Source: a virus
Virus record (IMG/VR): IMGVR_UViG_3300045988_034373
Coordinates: 117,963-181,962 of that record
Reading direction: 5' to 3' (one strand)
Length of the DNA: 64,000 nucleotides
Part shown: piece by piece, positions 59,601-64,000 of the stretch
Numbering within the stretch: the first letter of the stretch is position 1
Layout of the letters: each line of letters opens with the position of its first letter
Translations under genes and position numbers: made by a program
Notes under the pieces: generated by a model
What the model saw: only the letters and a program-made list of their open reading frames with translations
Told to the model about the DNA's origin: nothing
Databases searched by the model: none

Positions 59601-60386
59601 CATTTCTGCATACGTACCACTTTTAATACATATATGCTTGGCATTAGGTAAATACTCTTCATACTCAGTAGGTTCAGGTGAATCAGCAAGAACTATATCC
59701 TTATTAGCTTCTTGAGTGGCATTATCCTCTTCCTCTGAAGTACCATAATTAGGCTCCTCATTAGGCATACCATCATAAGCATATCTCTGATTATTTCTAA
59801 AGTCACCCGAATCTATCTGGCAGTTAAATGCAAACTCTAGCTTCCGTACCTTGTCTTGTAGTACTGATATAACTTTCAATAGGTCTTGAATTACAGTACT
59901 ACTTGTCATATGTTCTTTATTCTCAGAAGTATCTATCCAAATACCTCCTTTATCTTCAGGTGGTGTATCCTGTATGTAGATTTTGGAGAAGGATTCCCAA
60001 ATGAATCCATTAAAGTAACGTATTTCATTAATATCATTAACGAATACTATTTGTCCTTTAATTCTAAGGTCGTCCCTATCAAGTAGTTCCTCTAAGGTAT
60101 CAACTACTACAATAGACATTCCTCCTCCGCCACCCCCTCCACCTCCTTGTACTTTCCATACATTCCACACCCCACTATAGAATTGGTACATATGGTTGTC
60201 GTCAGGTGAATTTTTAACGTAACACAGCATACCTTCCTTTAGCTTATTAGTACTAAGGAAGGCTTCCATATCACTCATATTGGTAACTTGGATGTAACCA
60301 CCACGTAAGTCATTAACATCTGCTAACGGAAAGTTAGCATTGTTCTTGGGTTTTAATTGACCAATTACCTCAATATATTCATTCAT
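56691..60386 (-). CDS. Tail-associated protein (1,231 aa): N-terminal module, poly-Gly hinge, lamin-tail domain, purple-acid-phosphatase-like metallophosphoesterase
   Basis: Uninterrupted ORF. The TGA stop overlaps the next ATG. Domain evidence is listed in the sub-features. Confidence 0.85.
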   Translation of the reverse strand: MNEYIEVIGQLKPKNNANFPLADVNDLRGGYIQVTNMSDMEAFLSTNKLKEGMLCYVKNSPDDNHMYQFYSGVWNVWKVQGGGGGGGGGMSIVVVDTLEELLDRDDLRIKGQIVFVNDINEIRYFNGFIWESFSKIYIQDTPPEDKGGIWIDTSENKEHMTSSTVIQDLLKVISVLQDKVRKLEFAFNCQIDSGDFRNNQRYAYDGMPNEEPNYGTSEEEDNATQEANKDIVLADSPEPTEYEEYLPNAKHICIKSGTYAEMQANKGDFLPKELLWCYDTQTLWIKDPKTYKLIKIGSTGGGEDPGPGPDPETMDGILTEVIGSGSGAKTKIIGIEFADMTNKENTFLIQVKDGKLDIHDYRLDKNTLAGNAQTQGTGIYYTTPYFPIIPEEVGSKDSPKIYVNMVYCGGTSEDKDYNPVSHNFVELCNLGKKDLNLKGLYLHYTERNSGDWVTLPLIGTLKSQGTFLIKGAQCSVENINTTLIRVGEPDMYWTKDDTLNNTRLEIAGDEGAGVQAHSIWSSKDNCIKFSYDCAFYISSEETTDYFKTTVMNSTAPWTTNGVIKWYVDLVGIGNYNDKSMPCEASPIATKGSNVLLMRYYNMDPVKQATKALSARSNVKDWTYINMDKINPAIDIQEYTPKNSSQNKNIFFNKHLLVEGAPNIVTCTLGHDAHKTRCFNWVSVGYYDEYIWIRKDGEEYTPENKFESFKKEDFNTEGISQNPNRPADHKNWTNKIYNRIRSITTDGTPFTVHKFIKDFDEPTDTQKYYYKVGRDGAWTEERSFTLRNRDKVIERGFNFLQVSDQQGFNAEEYEMWRVSAEYINSDKAENPYEWCLNTGDQTQNGNRFNEWIDYYKGGDVIYRDTEQMFTVGNNDLTPVDVYVLGDGEDISKTNPVNVEFFFTFEHPYTVPISSAGVYIPCCYSFVYGNTYFLSMNSEITELARTDVFGDITGVNVYNDLKDWATADLAQHASDAKIKWKVAFCHEAPFTIITADLIMSYLKKTSEGTYEKDQNIKRGGSHLNTVGNYWFSQWLQDNAFKLCLCGHKHTYANSRYIRENPSRTMEPIVYDASLTPSWYTSLPDRERQCVQISTDASLNYVRYVMCQATGYKLTSNKELPAKNIPWLLEYYPVSSQVENPTTNTATVKVNSAQQYPNYIIWNVGTGDEVETPSMTTVSRERILGKSYKLQLKDNTKVWAYKYNVPIAYTDLKKVGGNGSTNPSNNIVIEKTLQ
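57240..58350 (-). other. PAP-like N-domain plus calcineurin-like metallophosphoesterase domain (divergent active site)
   Basis: YYYKVGRDGAWTEERSFTLRN (about 58030-58095), then FLQVSDQQG (about 57961-57995), NTGDQTQNG, TVGNNDL, AFCHEAP and CGHKHTY (GHKH at 57246-57257). This corresponds to the PAP motif series DxG / GDxxY / GNH(D/E) / VxxH / GHxH, with Y to Q and H to N substitutions. Confidence 0.6.
58900..59200 (-). other. Lamin tail domain (LTD)
   Basis: KIYVNMVYCGGTSEDKDYNPVSHNFVELCNLGKKDLNLKGLYLHYTERNSGDWVTLPLIGTLKSQGTFLIKG matches the LTD pattern (i.Ei.y....... eFvELyN.g...vdLsGw.l......... l.G.i...g.fli). Confidence 0.6.
60120..60146 (-). repeat. Poly-glycine tract (9 Gly) after the N-terminal module of the 1,231-aa protein
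   Basis: gga ggt gga ggg ggt ggc gga gga gga on the minus strand. Confidence 0.95.
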
Positions 60387-60390
60387 GCTG

Positions 60391-60424
60391 ATAAAAATAA
60401 AGGGCTATGTAAAACTACACAGCC
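60391..60424 (-). terminator. Rho-independent terminator after the 148-aa gene
   Basis: The minus-strand RNA reads GGGCUGUGU AGUUUU ACAUAGCCC followed by UUUAUUUUUAU. It has a 9-bp stem with one G-U pair valid only on the minus strand. Confidence 0.7.
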
Positions 60425-60437
60425 CTCGTTTATTACA

Positions 60438-60884
60438 TTACGCTACGAATAAGCTATAAAGTACTTCTAAGAAATCAGCTGCATTCAACTTAGTTCCATT
60501 GATTTCAACATCGTTGCCAGCATTTACCTCAATAATTTGAGCAAACTCATCTTCACTCAATGTGGTATCAATTTGTACTTCCTCTTTTCCTCTCTTATCA
60601 ACGTAAGCATTATACTCCTCATTGATTTGCTTATTCCAAGCCTCAACTTGAGCTTTATCTTCTTCTGTTTTATTTTCTTTCATTATCAGTTCTTGATAAC
60701 CTTTTGGAGTTAGTTCTTTAACTGCTTCTTGCAAGTCTTCTTCAAGTTGCCTTCTTACTTTACCTAACTCAATTCTCATGCTCATTAACCTTACCTTTAG
60801 GTCTTTGCTGAGTTCTTTGTCTCCGTCTCTAAGCAACACCTTAGTGATAAAGTTGTGCTTAACCATCATTTCATTTACTGTCAT
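60438..60884 (-). CDS. Hypothetical acidic helical protein (148 aa)
   Basis: Clear ATG and TAA. Glu/Lys-rich, coiled-coil-like. Followed by a terminator. Confidence 0.75.
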   Translation of the reverse strand: MTVNEMMVKHNFITKVLLRDGDKELSKDLKVRLMSMRIELGKVRRQLEEDLQEAVKELTPKGYQELIMKENKTEEDKAQVEAWNKQINEEYNAYVDKRGKEEVQIDTTLSEDEFAQIIEVNAGNDVEINGTKLNAADFLEVLYSLFVA

Positions 60885-60888
60885 AAAA

Positions 60889-61170
60889 TTAAACTGCTAA
60901 TTGTTGTTTTAAAGCTACTACTGTTGCATCTAATAGTTTCATACCTTTATCATCCAAAGAGGCTGGGTAGCTACTAACACTCTTGCTAATTAGTCCCTCT
61001 GTATCCTCTGAGTAACTAAATCCACCAGCGAAACCCTCCTCTAATGTAAATAGATTTCCAGAGAAGGAAACGATTTGATTATCTCCAGTGATTTGTACAT
61101 CACCCTCAATCTTTAGATTGGAATCTTGGTTCCTCACATTGTACATTACTCTCTTGTTAAGTAATTCCAT
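60889..61170 (-). CDS. Hypothetical small protein (93 aa)
   Basis: Clear ATG and TAA. First gene after the 61228-61258 promoter-like element. Confidence 0.7.
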   Translation of the reverse strand: MELLNKRVMYNVRNQDSNLKIEGDVQITGDNQIVSFSGNLFTLEEGFAGGFSYSEDTEGLISKSVSSYPASLDDKGMKLLDATVVALKQQLAV

Positions 61171-61227
61171 AATTAAATTTATTTTAAGTTAATTCTGTTC
61201 TAAAATCTCCTCTTAAGTTTTCGAGTG

Positions 61228-61258
61228 CTAAGTTAATCATAATTTACTAATATTCAAA
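61228..61258 (-). promoter_or_regulatory. Bacteroides-type promoter variant (-33 TTTG / -7 TAACTTAG)
   Basis: The minus strand reads TTTG (61258-61255), a 19-nt spacer, then TAACTTAG (61235-61228) followed by CACT. It matches the 48837 element at 14 of 16 positions (TGATTAACTTAGCACT vs TCATTAACTTTGCACT) and has one mismatch to TAnnTTTG. Confidence 0.4.
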
Positions 61259-61283
61259 ATAAATTATCTTAAATATTCATAAC

Positions 61284-64000
61284 TTACCACGACTGAGGCA
61301 TATACATTATCTTGAATACCATAAACGTTCTAGGTCTAAAGTCAATGGCATCACCCCTACCAGAGTAACCAGTATGCCAGTTTCCTCCTTGTCCTGCAGA
61401 TTGTAAACCATTAGGTGAATCACCATTATTTGGTTCAGGTCCGAAGTGGTCACGGTCATTGGCATTATCACCTCTATGGTGTGCAAACCAGTGAGTATGT
61501 CGTGGCATTTGATAACCAGTAATACTCTTACTGTTAGAACCTGCACTAGCACCAACTCTACCTTCGTAGTCCTCAGTAGCACCTGCAGCAGCTGTATACA
61601 TACCTCCATAGAATCCAAAAGCCCAACTACTAGTACACAATACAAAGTCACTTAGGTTTACAGTGTATGTTGTCGAAACATAACTAGATGGTCTGTAAGT
61701 AACACTGGTCTTTCCTCTACCATTAGATTCAAATAATTGACTTTTGAATACACTATAGTTAGTACTAGTAGCAAAGTATCCATTTACATAGTAAACATAG
61801 AAGTCAACTATCTCACCTGGAATCCTGGTCTTCTTTAAAAGAGTCTTGTCAACTGGATTTAAGTTCCAATCTCCCCAGAATGTTCCCTTCCTAGTCCATG
61901 ACGTTCTAGCTGCATCTGAACCCATTAGATAAGCACCTAAAGATTGTCTATTCATACCAAATGCTACGGCACCTCCAACATCGTTACCTGAATAACAGTC
62001 ACTTATAATCCAATCTTTATAGTGGCTGTTAGTACCAACTGTAGTGTTCATCATTCTGAATCCAACCCAGTTAACTCCAAAGTAATTAGGATTCTGCTGA
62101 CCTCCGTTACCAGTATATTCACCTCTCACCTTACCAGCATAGGTTGCAGAACCTGCACTAGAAGCATATGCTGGAGTAACAGTCTTATTAGTTCCCCCAA
62201 TTGTAATAGAGAGATTGTTTCCAGAGTTAGATAGGTTAGTGAATAATCCACTAGCGTGATATCCATCTAAAGTATCCGCATTTGTTACATTGTCAGCATA
62301 TGTTGCTTTATAACAAGTTCCATACCTACTGTTAGCTTCTTGTAGGTAACAATCATTTAATTTACTAGTTCTAGGAGAAACATTATCAGGATATGTACTA
62401 TCTCCGATATTTGTTGTTGTAGAGTATACTGTAAATGAACGACCATCTGTTGTTCTATAGTAATAAGATGTACCACCCCTCATGTATAATACCAAAGCAC
62501 TTCTATTATTCCTTTGTTCTAGTCCATAGCAGGCTGTTTCTCCACCAAACTGTGCTGCATATCTATATACTCGTAGATACCAATTTATGGCTCCCCAACC
62601 TCCACCTACCCATTCAAAGTCAAATTGGAATGAGAATCCAGAACTATGTGTAGACCATGAGGGTTTGTGACCAGATAGAGCATCAGTAAATGTTACTCTA
62701 ATTGGGGTTATATTACTAGGATCTGCAGTCATTACACAAGGATACCACTTATTAGCATCTAATGAACTTAGATTTAATGTCTGTTGACCATTTACATTAT
62801 AATAATTAGCTGTTACATTACCATTGTGCACTCCGTCCAACTTATCAGAGTTAGCTGAATAAGGAACAGTAATGTTATTAGTAGTACCATTTTTAGTCCA
62901 GGTTAGATAATTACCATTAGTTCCTAATGCTGTAACGTATAATGAGTTATGATTATGTGTATTTAGCGAAATTGGTACATCATCTACAGCAAACTGACCG
63001 TCACTTCTCATACCAAACCTCTTAGCATATCTATTACTCCAATGGAATGTCAGTGCTGGAGAGTAACCCCAAGCTGATTGTTTATTAGTTACTAATCCCT
63101 GCTCTCTAATTTGTATAGCGCCACCATAAGTATCAGTACCCCACGAAGCCCAATTCATTTGAGCACTCTTAGAACCACCTACTTGAGAATTAATTTCATC
63201 CTTAAATGCTAATATTCTGTTATAGGATGTACCTCCATATACATTACCAGCTACGTAGATATTCTTATTGAACCAGTGACCAGAACTAGCATTAGTATTA
63301 TGATGCGTATATGAGCCATTGTCATTACTAATAGATGAAGTAACTCCATTCATAGTCCATGACAGTTTACCTGTCATAGTATCTCCAGCTTTATTAACTT
63401 TAGTATTGGGGTCGAAGTTAGCTGAGTTCCATATGGTATATACACTTCCCCAAGTTCCATTAGCTCTAGACTTCATGTAAAGGTTTCCACCAGTACGATA
63501 GTCATGATATATCTTACACTGATAGTTAGCGCTGTCTGAGTGCATTAATGTTACACCATAAGCACCAAGATTGTTGTCTCTCCAGAATCCAGCTCTACCT
63601 AAATCATCGGAGTTACCAGTCCTTTCGTTTACACCACAAGAGCCATATGTAGAATAGATGAACTGATTCAAAGCCTTATGACCACCGCCACCAAGTAACA
63701 CATAATTGTCAGAAGAACCAGTTTTTATTAATTTAGGGGCTTCAAACCATTCATTACCTTGATTTCCTACTAACTTTATACCAGCAGGTGCTCTATAAGA
63801 ATCATAGTCAGTAAATATAAAGCTTACTGTCTGTGAACTATCGGGGTTGTCAAACCTCAATCTAGGATGGATGTTAGCATTGGTCATATCAGTATTAGTA
63901 CTACCTTTTAAAATGATATTACCAGTTACAGTACCACCAGTTAAAGGTAAGAACTTACCATCAGCCCATCCTGTAGTAGCTAATTGTTTCCATGATTCCC
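61284..64000 (-). CDS. Tail fibre protein, 5' end beyond the window; C-terminal phage tail-collar (MdpB-like) domain
   Basis: The ORF track starts at Met 63887, but the frame stays open to nt 64000 (ESWKQLATTGWADGKFLPLTGGTVTGNIILKGSTNTD precedes it). Fibre motifs are LPLTGGTVTGNI (63915-63950) and KAGDTMTGKL (about 63366-63395). The C-terminus SITGYQMPRHTHWFAHH...FRPRTFMVFKIMY (about 61284-61560) resembles the tail-collar signature (..lt...mP.HtH... then a P-containing hydrophobic end). Confidence 0.75.
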   Translation of the reverse strand, partial: ESWKQLATTGWADGKFLPLTGGTVTGNIILKGSTNTDMTNANIHPRLRFDNPDSSQTVSFIFTDYDSYRAPAGIKLVGNQGNEWFEAPKLIKTGSSDNYVLLGGGGHKALNQFIYSTYGSCGVNERTGNSDDLGRAGFWRDNNLGAYGVTLMHSDSANYQCKIYHDYRTGGNLYMKSRANGTWGSVYTIWNSANFDPNTKVNKAGDTMTGKLSWTMNGVTSSISNDNGSYTHHNTNASSGHWFNKNIYVAGNVYGGTSYNRILAFKDEINSQVGGSKSAQMNWASWGTDTYGGAIQIREQGLVTNKQSAWGYSPALTFHWSNRYAKRFGMRSDGQFAVDDVPISLNTHNHNSLYVTALGTNGNYLTWTKNGTTNNITVPYSANSDKLDGVHNGNVTANYYNVNGQQTLNLSSLDANKWYPCVMTADPSNITPIRVTFTDALSGHKPSWSTHSSGFSFQFDFEWVGGGWGAINWYLRVYRYAAQFGGETACYGLEQRNNRSALVLYMRGGTSYYYRTTDGRSFTVYSTTTNIGDSTYPDNVSPRTSKLNDCYLQEANSRYGTCYKATYADNVTNADTLDGYHASGLFTNLSNSGNNLSITIGGTNKTVTPAYASSAGSATYAGKVRGEYTGNGGQQNPNYFGVNWVGFRMMNTTVGTNSHYKDWIISDCYSGNDVGGAVAFGMNRQSLGAYLMGSDAARTSWTRKGTFWGDWNLNPVDKTLLKKTRIPGEIVDFYVYYVNGYFATSTNYSVFKSQLFESNGRGKTSVTYRPSSYVSTTYTVNLSDFVLCTSSWAFGFYGGMYTAAAGATEDYEGRVGASAGSNSKSITGYQMPRHTHWFAHHRGDNANDRDHFGPEPNNGDSPNGLQSAGQGGNWHTGYSGRGDAIDFRPRTFMVFKIMYMPQSW

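Noticed and set aside
61284-61560. Two RGD tripeptides (HHRGDNAND, SGRGDAIDF) in the tail-fibre C-terminus, considered as integrin-binding motifs
   Set aside because: Tripeptides of this kind occur by chance, and there is no supporting context. They lie inside the putative tail-collar fold.
40231-61651. Same-strand alternative-frame ORFs (40231..40455, 42422..42643, 52548..52781, 53421..53606, 58733..58930, 59507..59689, 61307..61651)
   Set aside because: They are nested out of frame inside larger ORFs that carry recognisable domains. There is no evidence of overprinting (no conserved start context), so they are treated as chance ORFs.
1-64000. Stop-codon reassignment (TAG or TGA recoding), as seen in some crAss-like lineages
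   Set aside because: Giant ORFs of up to 3,178 codons are uninterrupted under the standard code. Genes end in TAA (the majority), TAG (47987) or TGA (44184, 56691) at positions that coincide with the next start codon, so all three stops appear functional.
1-64000. CRISPR array, integrase/attachment site, reverse transcriptase with DGR template/variable repeat pair, group I intron or intein in the giant genes
   Set aside because: No spaced direct repeats, recombinase or RT-like ORFs, or interrupted ORFs were seen. An exhaustive nucleotide self-comparison for diverged TR/VR pairs could not be done by eye, so a DGR with its RT outside the window is not formally excluded.

Overview
AT-rich, almost gap-free dsDNA phage segment that looks like a crAss-like (Crassvirales) podophage of a Bacteroidota host. 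All calls come from reading ORF translations and nucleotide motifs by eye; no database search was run, so every domain name is motif-level recognition that still needs HMM or structure confirmation. Two convergent arms meet at about 25.95 kb. PLUS ARM (1-25916): a contiguous block of giant ORFs of >2,832 aa (open to the window edge), 3,178 aa and 1,539 aa, plus ORFs of 333, 549 and 203 aa. The 3,178-aa protein carries a DFDID (DxDxD) motif of the kind found in the crAss-type virion-packaged RNA polymerase. The first giant contains a complete SF1 helicase core. The 1,539-aa protein begins with a RecB/Cas4-type PD-(D/E)XK nuclease and has a C-terminal TM helix. The 549-aa protein has an HExxH motif, and the last gene is a T5-type dNMP kinase. 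MINUS ARM (25973-64000): the late/structural module. Reading in the direction of transcription, it holds the following.
- A tail fibre that is open to the window edge and ends in a tail-collar domain.
- A small two-gene cassette with its own promoter and terminator.
- A 1,231-aa protein with a poly-Gly hinge, a lamin-tail domain and a purple-acid-phosphatase-like metallophosphoesterase.
- A 2,577-aa mosaic protein with a poly-Gly hinge, a LamG-like domain, a CotH-kinase-like domain, canonical LRRs and more than 20 BspA/DUF285-type repeats.
- Further fibre genes and an Amidase_3 endolysin.
- A scaffold-like protein and the putative major capsid protein, followed by head-associated genes.
- A possible DNABII-like protein, two very large tail proteins, a Gly-rich protein and a DUF192 protein.
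Regulatory signals supported by the sequence are three Bacteroides-type promoters (TTTG-N19-20-TAnnTTTG) that share an extended TTAAYTTWGCA element, three rho-independent terminators whose G-U pairs make them strand-specific, and pervasive RAATAATG stop-start overlaps. No tRNA, CRISPR array, integrase, reverse transcriptase or stop-codon recoding was seen. The points most worth follow-up are the enzymatic domains (helicase, nuclease, zincin) fused into presumptive virion-packaged giant proteins, the CotH-like and PAP-like enzymatic domains on tail proteins, a moron-like cassette, and an A6-run frame break.
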